Shown: piece by piece, positions 49,001 to 62,300 of the stretch
Numbering within the stretch: the stretch's first letter is position 1
How the letters are laid out: every line of letters starts with the position of its first letter
From: Ginglymostoma cirratum
Taxonomy: Eukaryota
Assembly: GCA_024137785.1 (NCBI GenBank)
Contig: JAHRHZ010000289.1
Location: forward strand, 23,625,512-23,689,511
DNA length: 64,000 nt
Direction of reading: 5' to 3'
Position numbers and translations under genes: made by a program
Notes under the pieces: generated by a model
The model's input: only the letters and a program-made list of their open reading frames with translations
What the model was told of the DNA's origin: nothing
Database searches by the model: none

Positions 49001-49177
49001 GTTCATCATCTTTCTGCATTTCAGCAAGGTGCTTTGGGTTGACCAGGGACACAAATCCTCCAGGCACCTTTGTCTCGGCCACTTCTGTCTGTTGAGGGGC
49101 TTCCTGCTATTATGCCTGGAGAACAGGAGCTCTCATCTTTCCTGAATGGCCTGCAGTGAGCAATCAGTGAACCATGG
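49001..49177 (-). pseudogene. Second Harbinger Myb/SANT relic
   Basis: PWFTDCSLQAIQER*ELLFS...RKP...KW...STLLKCRKMMN resembles PRF.D..L....ERRE.LF....W....RT..QCRK..NDL. Confidence 0.55.
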
Positions 49178-50833
49178 GACCGTTTTCTGTTTAGTCTGAG
49201 ATTTCTCTAACCAGCCTGGATGGGCAGAAGGAATAGGGGTGATCAACATTTAGTGATCCTCCTGGTGTGCAATCCAGTCAACCAGGCTGCAGGGCACACC
49301 TCACCCAGTGCCCTTTAAATATAGCTTCAAATCCGGAAGGTGCTGCGGGAGGTGAGAGAGAGAATATCTGGCCTATCCTCAGCAAAGTTTTACTTGGATA
49401 AAAACACATGCATATGCAATGAGCTGAGAACCACATGATGGTGTAAGGAATGTTGATCCACTCCTTAGTCAAAGTGACTCCCATGTCCAAGCCTGTTTAG
49501 GCCAAATAGTGAGAAGATTCCAGCCTGTTTTGTGAATATAAACTCATTTAGACTGTATAATTTGAAGAGCAATTTATACTTCTGTTTCAAGATTTGTATT
49601 TCCTTAGGATTCAGCTGTTATCTGCCACTCAAAAACAGGTTGAGAAGAAAATAATCTCCCAGTTTAACTGACAACGGTGCAAGATTATAAAATGATATAC
49701 CAATGATATATTTAGTTATGATAATTAGATTTGAATGGCTTTTGCCTGTGACATCATTAACTAGCAGTCTCTTCTGCAAGCTGGTTGCATTCTCTGGACT
49801 GATGCCAGAGAATATGTTTAACAGGAATCTTCTTTAAACAAACTGCTGCCTGTAGCCTTTGTTGAGATAGTCAGAGGCTTTAAACATGTAATGGCCAAGC
49901 ATTGACATAACAGCAGTCTAATTACTGAGAAGTTATTGCTCCAAATATATTTGTTTAAAAAACGAGTTTATGGAAGGCTTAACCTAGCTCGAGAGAAAGG
50001 AAATGGGTTAAAGGAAAGAAAAGCAAGCTTTGTTGCTCTCAGCATGCCCTCACCTCCTAGCCAAGCTAAACACGTTTTTCTTTCTCTCATTCAATCTGTT
50101 TTCAAAAATCTTTATTTTCCATAATATAATCTTTAAATAGTATTATTAGCAATAAGATGTTAATAGAAATAAGGATCACTTGAATTCTTACTTTAACATT
50201 TAATTTATGCATATTGTATTTTTCTTCCTTGTCAAAGTTTTTCCCTGATGTAGGTCTATTTTCTTGACCAAGAAAGTTAGATCAACTTGCTCCCAGTCCT
50301 CTGGCAAAGACGTTCAAAGGTTGAGAGAAAGTGAACTTGAAAATTTGTTCTGAAAGTTTTCCCTTTGACCTTTGGGAGGAACCCGATCCTCTTGATTTCC
50401 CTCCCGCTATGATATGAACAAGAACAAGAATTCAGTGCACAGGGAGTTCAGAGCATGTATTCAGTCATTCCACACTGCAAGTAAACCTGACATCTCACAA
50501 ACACAGCAGTAATACAAGGCTGTCAAAAAAAAAACAAAGGAACATGGAAAGATAGGAAAAATACAGTGAGGTAAGTTGCAGACCCATGCCAGGAACTTGA
50601 AATGATAATCTAACTTAACAACTCCGATAGAATGCTGCTTTGCTGATCTTTCATTGCATGAAATCTTAAATTGATGTCCCAATTGTTTCTATGGCTCAGG
50701 CGGGTATTAAAGATCTAATCACACACTACGAGGCAGAGCGTGTTCTACTAGGGTCCAGCCAACATTCCTGCCTCAAATCAAAACAATTAGAAACTGTTTA
50801 ACAAATCCTCTATCTGTGGTGTTTGCAGAATCT

Positions 50834-51143
50834 GCACAGTGGCTCAGCGGTTAGCACTGCTGCCTCACAGTGCCAGGGACCCAGGTTTGATTCCACCCTT
50901 GGGCGACTGTCTGTGTGGAGTTTGCACATTCTCCCTGTGTCTGTGTGGGTTTCCTCCGGGTGCTCTGGTTTCATCCTACGGTCCAAAGATGTGCAGGCTA
51001 GGTGGACTGGCCATGCTAAATTGCCTGTCATGTTCAGGGATGTGTAGATGAGGTGGATTTTAGGGGGATGGGTCTGTGTGGGATGCTCTGAGAGTCAGTT
51101 TGGGCTGAAGGGCCTGTTTCCACACTGTAGGGATTCTATGATC
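50834..51143 (+). mobile_element. HE1-type V-SINE, full length
   Basis: A-box 'gtggctcagcggttagcac', B-box 'ggtttgattcc', V-domain, and tail 'gggcctgtttccacactgtagggattctatg'. Confidence 0.93.
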
Positions 51144-53229
51144 TTGTTGTGCAGAAAATGGTTGCCATGTTCCACCTGCATGGCAGTAACCACCATACAT
51201 CATAAGCAGCTTGTTATCTTTGGAGAGCTTTGTTAGGTATGATAATCATAAGAATATTTTTCTTGCATAGGACCAGAGTACACCACTGGGGTCTATGTGC
51301 TTATTTCCGACATTTGAGAAATACCGCACACTACACTTTCTTTCAGTTCCCCAATCAATTTGTCTGCCAAATATCTGTCTAGCTCTCTAGCTCACCCAGG
51401 AAAATACAATCCTGGAACAAGATAAAAAGAAACAGGCTTTGTTTTAATGCTGAAGTTCTAAAAAAGTCCAGAATAGAAACAGATTGGCTGACATGATTCT
51501 GAGTTACGGATCTGAAGTATTTCTTCAAATGGAAGAAAAATAGAAATAAACACTGGGTCAGCATTTACAACAAATTAAAACAATCTGGAAACAACATCGA
51601 ATTCAATTGTCAGTGAAATGTAAAGGACAGTTAATTGGCAATGACAAGATAGCCTCCAGAATATTTCAGTATGGCTCTGCACTTAAAAGGCAACAAGACA
51701 AAACACAGCATTATGGCCCATATTTGGTGGTTGGAATAGACGTGAGCAGTGAATTGGCCATGCTCAGTAGTCATATTGGGTTGAAATTGATAGCATCTGA
51801 AAACAGACGTGTAGATCACAATGAATGATTGACCCTTGCCCATTCAATGTTATGTCATCTTCATGTAGCCTATTCATCTGAATGATTAGTGCATGTAACC
51901 AATACCAATCATGCAGTTCATTGGTTACTAACATCAGTAGAAGGCCCAAAATCAAAACTACCAAACATCACTTAAAACATGCTCAACTGAACATAAAATG
52001 TGGTTCATAAAAGATCCCAAAGATTGTAAGATCTGTGATCAGGACTCTCAGGTTGTCGAACTGATGGTAGTGCAGCATGCAGAGTCAGTCAGTTCACTCT
52101 TCCCTGCTTCTTACAATATCCAGTATTTTATAATCAATGAACAAACAATTGTTCATTTCACTTACAATGCATGTTTTAAGTGGTGATAGGGAGTCATGAT
52201 TTTTGGCTGTCTTTTGACTGGCTCAGCCAATGAACTGCACAGTTAGCTCTATCCCCGTGCAACAATTATTCAAATCAGCAGTCTACACGAAGTTAGCATA
52301 ACACTGAAAGATCCAGGGTTATTCCTACATCATGGTCCTAAAATTAATTTTCAGAGGCTATGCAATTTATCACACTATGCCGACCAATTATGATTGGTGT
52401 ATTCCAAATTTTTCCAGAGTCCTGCATACATTCAGGTTCATTATGAAATTCCTGATTTGCTTCTTCACGACTAGACTGAAGTATGGTAAACTCTTATACT
52501 TCTATTTCAGAGTAAGATAGCGACTTGATGTGACAATTGGAAACATTATAACTTTTAAGAAATCTCAGCTTTTTTACCAATTTGACTGGCCCTTGCCATT
52601 TCCACAATTTCCCACATCACTAAGGAGGACAAGAACCAGATTAAATGGACTCCATACATTTACTTATTGCATTGTCACAATAATAATTCAAAATCTTCAC
52701 TAAATTCACTATCTCCAAGCCTGACTCAAGACTTTTTTTTTGACTTGGTTGTAGACAGATATTCTTTTTAAATGACTCAAATGGTAGCATGAAGCCTTTT
52801 AGCAATGCTGTGTAAGGATTGACAGTTAATTGGAACAGGAATTGATGATGTAGCCCTTTCTGCTATGGAATGCATTTCAATATAGCCAACACACATATAG
52901 GTGACATTTTGTACTGAAACATTTATGCAAAAGTCCATTTACTCCATCCTTTATAAAGCAGGGCATTAGAAAGTTAATCTTGGCTGACAGCCGGAAGCAA
53001 AATCTCCCTTCTCTGCAGTGTCTGTTCCACCTTTCAGTCATGTTTCAGAGCCACAAAGACACTGCGACCACAGTCCACATATCCCTTACAGACTCATATA
53101 AAGATGACCAAATCCTGTGCCCACCCTGAATAGATGCATTAGTTCACCAAAAAACCTCTGAAACAAGACATCATAAATCCAAAAACTTTGCAACAGCAGA
53201 TTTTAGTTGTTGGCACCTTACCAGAAGAT

Positions 53230-53395
53230 GGGGATTTATTAACTCAGCTGGCTGAGTGGTTAGTTTACAATACAGAGTGACACCAATAGTTCAATTTCTG
53301 CAACCAGCTGATGTTACCATGAAGGTCCCTCCCTCTCAACTTCAGGTTAATCATGCTCTCTTTAAATGAAAGTGTGGAACTATGGTGACTTCACT
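53230..53395 (+). mobile_element. tRNA-derived SINE (family B)
   Basis: 'ctcagctggctgagtgg...gttcaatttctgcaaccagctgatgttaccatgaagg...ctatggtgactt'; reverse complement of the 28905-29120 type. Confidence 0.7.
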
Positions 53396-54544
53396 CATCT
53401 TTACCAGCATGGCACATGGGCATCTTTTTAACCCATGCTAACGGTGATCCCCACATAGCTGCAGTTAGTTTTGTTTTAGTTAACCTGTTTACACAGCTCT
53501 GGTGATGGTAGGGCTTGAACCCTGATCCTCTCCAGCTGCAGTTCACTTGATGATTTAATGCAGAGAAATCAGAAGACATGGATTTTATTAGGAAGAATGA
53601 GATGAGACAACACAAACACAATGGCACAATTTTAAAGTACATTAAGGTTTGGATGGATGTGGGGTATAGGCACATGGCAGAACAAGTTGAGATGGTTGTT
53701 AAAAGGCCTTGGATTGGTAAAAGCACCAGAGGCGAAAAGAAACTTTTAAAAAATTACTGCGACATCAGGTTAAGCACTTATATAAGATTGTAGAATCATT
53801 ATGTAAAAATCATTATATTGGTGATCCATTAGCTGTGTGTTCAACAAAGTCTTCTTTTTATCAAGATCATGAAAAGAACAACCGGGAGAGTGAGGTCAGT
53901 GTTGAGAGGTTCTGAGTTTTCTATACAAACCCCAGCCCCTTCCAACAATTAAACACCCTTCAAAAATTGGGAATCATATGTTACACAACTCTTTATTTGT
54001 GACACTAACCATTCAAAAGAAATGGTGCCTTGTAGACGTGACAATTTACTTCAACACATCTTCGCCAGCAACCACTCCCAGAAGATCTTCGGTAACACTG
54101 CTGCAGTCCTCACCTCATGTGTTCTACCAAATGTTCAGTGTGGTCAGAACAGCATGAAGCAAGCAGGACCTAGTGTACTGAATCTGTGAAAACCTCTGCA
54201 AATTATTGCTTGTCCCTCTTAAGGAATCCCTACCACCTACCTATTTTTTCATTCTTTAAAATGCACTGCTTTCATTAATGTGTATTATGACAGTCTTTCC
54301 ATTGCTGATTTGTTTACAAACACAAAATACGATGACACAATTTGCAGGAAAGCACGTCAACATTTGGTTATTGTTATGGAACTAATGATTCAAATCCTAC
54401 TGACCCCTTTTTTTTCCTGTTCTGCCCTCTAAAGGTTTGTGAATTTCTTTTTCCTCTAAGGTATTCTTTTTGTGCCATTATGTTGCAACAGGAATTTCTT
54501 CCCTGACAAATCATCTCCCTTCTTTATTAAACAAGTGTTTAAGT

Positions 54545-54645
54545 ACTGAAGAAGGGTCACGAGAGTCAAATCATAAACTCTTCTTTCTCTCTACAGATGC
54601 TGCAGATCTGCTGAGTTTTCCAGCAAATTCTGTTTTTGTTATTTA
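54545..54645 (+). mobile_element. Penelope-like terminal fragment (family 2)
   Basis: 'ctgaagaagggtcac...cagatgctgcagatctgctgagttttccagcaaattctgtttttg'. Confidence 0.7.
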
Positions 54646-55489
54646 AGGCAATGTCTCTGTTTCTGTTTGCAATACAACTCTTCAGCTAGCTACAACAGAA
54701 TAGAGCCAGATACTCAGGAAACATTCTTGCAGAAGTGCTACTGGGACATGTTCAAAGCTACCAGTTCACATAAAGCCTGCTGACTGCTATGCTTTTGCTG
54801 ATCTCTGCTATAACCGCTAAATAACATGCTTCCCTTTAATGCTATTCTCTATTATAGAAGCCTTTTTATTTCAGGAAGGTGACTTGACATGATGGAAGGA
54901 ATTGCAGATTTTCCTTTTCTCTGCTTCCTCTCTTTCTCTGTTTTGTTTTAATTGCTGAAGACCAACAAATATCAGTGATTCACGTACTTGTGAAGTCTAA
55001 CCACAAATACCATTAAACACTTACCTGGCCTTATAGATTGACATTGTGTTGTAACTCATATCTGCCTCCACACTCAATCATCAAAGCAGTTTCACTATTA
55101 AACATAAATTTGATCGATTTCCAGTTAAACAAATCAATAACCCTCAACCCATTCATTTCCTCTAACCTTTTTAGGTGCTTGATGATTAAGTAAATAAATT
55201 CATTACCATTTTATTTGAGAACTTGGAGCTGTACTATTGAAGTAAAAAGGAAAGAATTTGATCAATGACAATTACAGTAACTAAGTTAATTAATTAAGAG
55301 TTCTCATCGTTTTCATCAAAAGTTCAAGCAGTCGAATGTAAATCTTATGATGGCTAAATTGTGACCATCACTAGGTCCTTGAAATGAGTTCCATATTTAC
55401 AATATTTGCTGCCTTGCTTTAGTATTAAAGTAATGTTTTTGCTTCTCCAGTAATTTTACAGATTTGTTTCAAGAAGTAGCTGAGCAATT

Positions 55490-55690
55490 AGGGCCAGTTA
55501 ATCTCTGATCTGTGCTGAGTGAGCTGATGTTAGAGTGGTACGAAGTATTACAATGGCCTCAGTGCTTTGCAGTTAAGAAATAAAAATTGTTAGAGTTCCA
55601 GCTTCCAAACAGAATTCAGCGATGACTTCTGCTGTAGGCTAACATCTGTGAATCTTATAGGCAGACGGATTCAGACCTCCTGTAGATGGC
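55490..55690 (+). mobile_element. Ancient SINE fragment (AmnSINE2-like, tentative)
   Basis: 'tctgtgctgagtgagctgat...tacaatggcctcagtgc' resembles a recalled old gnathostome SINE; heavily diverged. Confidence 0.35.
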
Positions 55691-56249
55691 AGCTGGCATT
55701 AATGCCGGAAATGTCCTAAGGAGTTTTCCTCATCACTGTAAAAGGCATTGTACCTCCACAAGGTCTCTGGGTAAGATTTCTGCTCTTACCATCCTCTGCA
55801 TACAGATGTGTTCAACAAAGTTTATGCCGTTCACTCACAAGACGGTAGATATGATATTACTAAGACTGTTTGCTGTAATTTTTATAAATTCGTAGAAACT
55901 CCAAAAGCATTCATGAACAGGATTTAATAATCTTGCACCAAGTTTGTAATGTTAAATCAGAGGAGCTCCCAAAATATTTCCTGACATTTCTGTCATGGTA
56001 ACATGGCAGGATATCTCGTCGAACATAGCAACAGAAGTCTTGAGAAGAAAAGGGAAGGGGATAAAATAGCTGGGAAAAATTAGCAAGCAGAAAGGAGAGC
56101 CTGTCTTGAAGAAACAAAATATTTAGTCAAATCTTGTTTACCCATAAAGATACAGTATTATGATATAAGTCATATTGCCTGTGGCATTATCATGACACAA
56201 AATGATTCCCTAGCTCTTTCTCCCTGGTGAACAGAAATCTGTCAAACTT

Positions 56250-56373
56250 CCCTATGGAAATAACAAGGTGTGGAACTGGATGAACACAGCAGGCCAAGCA
56301 GCATCACAGGAGCAGGAAAGCTTGACGTTTCGGGCCTAGACCCTTCATCAGAAAATTTTAACCCTATGGAAAT
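56250..56373 (-). mobile_element. Penelope-like terminal insert (family 1) with 12-bp TSD
   Basis: TSD ccctatggaaat at 56250-56261 and 56362-56373; body homologous to 36813-36907. Confidence 0.88.
56324..56351 (-). ncRNA. Minimal hammerhead ribozyme core
   Basis: Minus strand CUGAUGA-A-GGG(ucuagg)CCC-GAAA-C-GUC, stem I uuu/aag. Confidence 0.65.
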
Positions 56374-59300
56374 CTTCATTTTGAATCTTTCTGCTGAAGC
56401 TAGAGAAAGATTTGCATGCTATCTCAGGATGCTGACACAGTAAATTTGACATATTTTCTCCCCAAAGTGCATCTCTATTATGTTCTCACCAGAGATTCTG
56501 TCTGCCTCATTCATGCTGCTACATAATTAGGGATAAGGGTCTGCACAGGGCTCAAATTGACTGCTTTTCATTTCTTCCCAGTTTGATTGTCCCTCTTGCA
56601 TGGGATCAGTTCTCTCCTTCACCAATTGCGTTTAGGAGATTATAAATATATGGGAAAGGAAAGGAAGAAAAAATATATCTTGTTTTTGATCAATCTGAGC
56701 TGGATATAAACTAAATGCATTAAATTCCTGTATAGCTTACTTTAAAAACAGCATCTGAGGTAGTACAGATGAACAATACAGTGGGCAAGTTTATATTGCC
56801 AGGCTCTACCGATTTTAAACTATGAATGCTGCAATGACCCTCAGCTCTCATGAGCGCATATGTGAATACCAGGTAAGATTACACTCGGCTGTTATATTTT
56901 CCATGGTTGCAGAGGTAACCTCAGAGATTGGCACTATTCTTGTCCAATGCATGATCTTTCTAGGAAGGTATATTTTGGCCTGGACAAGCAATTCTGTGAT
57001 ACGGGACAGAATGAGATTGGTCCAATTTGGATGAAACGTGCTTTCATCCAGAAGCTCTGCTCATGTTTTCCTAACTTGATATGCACTGCACACAAGTATT
57101 TTTGAACTAATTACTGCCACATTGATCTCTGACATTCTGGTATCTGTTCAGCAAGAAGGTGTGAATTGACTATGGCCTAACTTTGTTGGGTTTTATTTTA
57201 ATCTGAAATATATTCATTGATGTCTAAGCTCTATTCTTTTAATTTGTTTTCTCTTCTCTCCTTTTTGAGCCATGTAGTGCCGTATACCATCCCCTGACAA
57301 TGAAATGAGTCTGCTTCCAGACCTGCTTCCAGACCTGCCCTAAAGCTGGAATCAAATCAGGCCTGTGGACATTGCAAATCTAACTTGGAGATAATGACTC
57401 CTGACCACAGATATTCTTTCCCTCTTTTGTGGAGATAAAGCTGGATCTCCACAACGAACAACTAAGATTGGAAACTCTGGTTAAAAATAAACAAAAGGCA
57501 TCATCTTCACACTTGGCAGTGTAGCTCCTGTTTGGTCTCCATTGCTTTAGACACTTAAAGCAGAAGGTAGAGATCCAGGTAACCAGGAACAGCCTGCTCT
57601 GGAAATTGTAGCAGTTTTATAGTGGAATCTTTCAGAAAAGTCTTATTTCAAAGAAATACGTCATGTTGAGAATAGTTGATATAAAGATTGTTGCAAAAGG
57701 TAATTGTTGTGAAGTGGTTAATGTTCATGTTACATTGGCTCCAAACGTTCTACTGATATCACTCAGTCTATGAATGGAGACAAGGTGTTCTACTCCAACT
57801 TTCAGAGGAAGTGCATGTATCTGCACCAGCTTCCTAAGGCCATGTGATTGTACCTGACCAAATGTGGTTGAAATCATTGTTATTATTCAATACACCATCG
57901 TGTTATCTAAAAACCATGCCTCTTCTGTTGATATTCTATGGTGGTATATTCTCTGCAGCTAACCACTAAAATAGGCCCAAGACAGAGCAAAGGCAAAGGG
58001 GCATTGGTGATAGCAATCTTCTTCAAACCACCCTTCTCCAGTACCACATGTCGGTAGAGGTGGCAAATGCCATAAGGTACAAAGAATGCTCAACATGCAA
58101 AATAGCACAAGGTCAATATACTGTGATACAACACAGCACCAATTGGATAAAACAGTTTCTTACAGTTCTAGCACTGAGCTCTGGGATCAGTATTTAAAAA
58201 GCTAAACCGATTCTCAGTAGGTATAACTTTCATGAGGGTATTAGGATGTAAACTCATTTGGAACTTATCAAGGAAGCTCAGGAACTCTACCAGCTATTTC
58301 TATTTAATCTGGTGAGAGAAGGAAGTGAGAGCAAGACAAAGATTTGTTTCAGAGGAATTATCCCCTCTCCTCAGAATGTAGCGGAATCCCAGCAAGGCAT
58401 AGCGTTGCATCATTGTCCAAACCACCCCCAGCACTTACAGTAATGCACCTGCAATCAGCTTAGAATTGTAACCGTAATATGTTTTTAGCAGCTGGAAACT
58501 TAGGGACAGTCAAATCACCCACAGCTTATGGAAGAGAATGCTTACAGATTTCTCTTGTGGTCAGCGGCAGTATTTTCAGTTTTCTAGATTGTAAATATGT
58601 GGTTGCAGATGCAAACGTGACCTATCACTGGGCGATGGCTTCTGCTTAACTGGAGGAGACAGAAAAGAAACATGTGCGACTTCACTACGTGCTGTAAGGT
58701 TCAATCAGACACCTTGCCATTCCATCAACTCGCTGGCCCTCTCCGTGGTTCCTCACACTTCCTCACCTCCTTCAGCAGCGAATTCAGTGCAGATGTTGTT
58801 CAGGTGAAAAAAAAACACACAAAAAAATACTGTCTCTGCATTTTCCATTGGTAAACCACAGCATGGTTTAACCTCACATAACTGTACTTGCTCAGCAGCT
58901 CCAGCTTGCAAAGGCTGCGCTCTCCATTTTCGTGTTGTCTATAGAGACCTGTTTGCCACAGTGAGGAGGCAGCTTGTGAGGAGATCAAGGCCTGATAGCA
59001 GACTTCCACAACCTGTGCTGAGGCAGCCACTGCCTCGCTGTGCAACTGTAGACAAAGGACCTCACTAACAAGGGAGAAAAATGGGGGAGGTGATTCTGGC
59101 ATGTAATTCTGTCACATCTGTTCAGACCCTATCATCCCACAATGGCCAATGAGAGAAACAGCTTTATATAAGAACAGTTAAAGATAAATAAAAGACCACA
59201 CTTCCCCAAAGTACCTCTGATAAATGAGACATTAGTGTAATGTGTGTGGGTTTGGGGTTTAGGTTTGGCTACATAAGGTTTGCATGAGGGTCGACAATAA

Positions 59301-62300
59301 ATACAATTTGATGAAGGCCGAATTCAACATTTTCCACCCACACCGAGACACTTGGGTAGAGACTGTTTATGTGAAACACATAAAATCACAATATTTACCC
59401 TTTTTAAGTCGAATGTTTAGGTTTTGCAATTGTCAAAATGTCGATGGAAGCTCTTGGCAGGTTCCCACTGAAGGTGTACAATATCATTGCACCATAACTA
59501 ACCTGGATCTTTTTGACTATCTTCCCCACCTTTGCTGATAACAGCCTCTGTCAGGGAATGCAGTTTCCATTGACATCATGGTAGAAATGTCACCTCACAA
59601 CTTCAGAGGAAATACACAATTGCCCAATTGTTCAGTTAATTACTCAGTTTTCCAAACTAACCTCAGAGATCCCTGATTCCTGAATGAATTAATCTCAATT
59701 GGAACATGGCAAAGGTTGCTGTTCCTGCTTTCTCCCAAAGACTTTTGCTGGAAAGTGATATCAGATTAGGACTTGATTGTTACCTCCCCTCCCGCAACAC
59801 TTATGATATTGTTGTAAAGTTTGGTTTGTAAAGTTTGTCTAGAGTTAAACTGGAAGGTAGATGTTCCCTTAGGGCACAGAGTGACTGTACCCTAACTTAA
59901 ATTATTTGCTTCAGGAGAAGCGAAATTGGAAGCAGAAGTGCTAATTATTTGAGTGAGGGTTTCAGCTAGAAAGGTAGCCAAAAATATGCCTGTGGGTTGT
60001 GGAGTTCAAAGATTTCATGGCCAAATGATTTGACTGTCTTGTTTAGCCTTGAGCAGGGATATGTCTCAAGCCCTTAACAATGCACTTTGAAATCATTTGC
60101 ACGTATAGATAATCAAAATTTAGCAGACTGTCACTGATTTATTTTCTATAATATGTTTATTTAGAAATCAGTTTGAAAATTGTACTGGTATTAAGAATAT
60201 TTTGAAATGTTAGGTCTTCTGTTTGTATATAAATGCCAATGATGTGTGCTGTGTTTTAATTTACTTTTAGGGCTCACTTACACATTTGTCTACAATAACA
60301 GGACAGTCTAACTGGAAGCTGGTCAAATGTAAATTGCACATGAAAAAGTTCCATTTATGAATGAAAGAAATTTTATATGCTACACATCCCCATCTTTTAA
60401 TACAGGAACACCCACAGTACTCACACAAGGCTAGTAAGAAGCAAATTGTATACATATATATACTTTCAAATGGGCACACTACCAATACCCATTGCAGTGT
60501 GGTAACCAGCGAACTACTCTTTAAAAATCACTCTGTGAGCTTCTCTTGGAGGGCTTTAATTTAGTAAAGTCATAATTTTAAACCATGAGAAACTCAACTA
60601 ATTCTAAAACTACAAAGTCATCTCTGTAAACCACTCCCACCCCACATCACCACTACCCTCCCATTCTAGTTCCATAAGAATCAGACTGTGGGCGGTTTCT
60701 GTTGCACAGATGTCTTGGTCGTTGACTTCATTTGATGCACAGTTCATGAATTTTATTACAAGCTTCTATTATAACAGAGGATACTGCAGCACTTTGTTTG
60801 GGCTGCTTTGAAACTGTTTGACACTCACAGATTCCTATGGTTTTTACCCCAGTGTTTGTTCACTCACAGCACTATCAAATACACAATGAGTTTTTAGCAT
60901 TCGTGTGCAAGAGCAAAACAGATTTCTTACAGTATCCTTTCTCTCCCAAAAGCAGATCATTTTACCCCTAAAAATAATATTTGATTGTTCATTCATTCAG
61001 TTCAAGGATATTTTCCAAACCACTTTTGCTCTGTACTCCCATCTCAGACTTAGCTATATTGTAGTTTACCTGCGGCCCAGCTACTCAAAACTCTGGCAGG
61101 CAGCGCAATTCTACTCTGGTCAATGACAGAAGGTTGAAAGAGGGGTGACTCTACTCTCTCCTTCCCACAGTGCTCCTCTGGGGGGGAATGTCTGACTTTC
61201 TTACAGTGATGTCACTGCAACTGGGCACTCACTGGGAAATAGGAGATTGCAGTATCGAAGAGCAATGTCACAGAACAACATCAATGTGATGAACGCTGGA
61301 ACAGTTCTTACTTTCATTCTCTCTTTATGTATTTACTAAATTGGATGGGCTAGAGAGGCTGTCTGTGATTAAGGGAGTTAAAAACTCCAAGTGAGAACAT
61401 TGGATGGACATGAGTCAAGATTGTGAGCGACACTTGTGATCTTCTCTCTGTGATCTAATCAAATATTTCATTTTTAATATTGTTTGCTGTCTACAACTTC
61501 ACACCTTTTCACGTGTGTGAGGCTGAATTTCACAGGACACCCTCGTTCCTGTCCAGTCCCCTGCTAAAATGTCAGAGAATCTCTCCCACTCCCCCGATGG
61601 CCATCCCATAGTCAGTTAATGCTGGGAACAGCATTAATCACTTTAAGGTGAGGCTTTCACCCTTTAATCAGGAGGAAGTTCCATCTTACAGATCTTCCAA
61701 CCATTTCCTATTCCCACTATTTCCTCTGCACCCTCCTCCTGTGTGTAACATTTCACACAGATTGGGGGCAGGCAGCTGGCAGGCTGATGGGAGAAGGTCA
61801 CCTGCTGGATTTTATGTGCCACTTGCCTGTTGGCAGGGGGAACACCCACAGAGTCCTGAAAGGATGCTTACAATCTTTGCTCGTTGTCACTTTGGACAAA
61901 CTGTTTACTGTAGCGCTGCACTGGTGATGGCAGAATCAGATGTGGGAAGCACTGCTACTCTCTTGCATTTTGACTATCCCCATGCGAGTATAATTAAAAT
62001 GTAAAGTGTTGTTAGCATGCACAGGAGACAAGCACGATCACATGGAACCTTTTCAATGGTGAAGCCTGTCATCAGCTGATGACACTCACAGTATGGATGG
62101 GATGTTATATAGCCTTTTGGACAAACAGGGAGGATCTTCATTGCCGTAACTTCCCAATCCAATTCCATTCCCATCAAACTACCATTATGTTTCTGAATGC
62201 ACCCTGGAGACACTTGCTTGTTTCAAACTCAGATTTCACTTGTAAACATTTCATATTGTATTAGCTTCACTTTATTCTCATGTGCATCACCGTCATTTGT

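Noticed and set aside
50490-50525. 'TALYYC' resembling an immunoglobulin V-segment end
   Set aside because: No upstream V framework and no RSS heptamer/nonamer; the preceding codons are a T-tract.
58680-59102. 100-aa minus ORF or a third Myb relic ('SALNSLLKEVRK')
   Set aside because: Similarity is too short, and no consistent domain appears in any frame.
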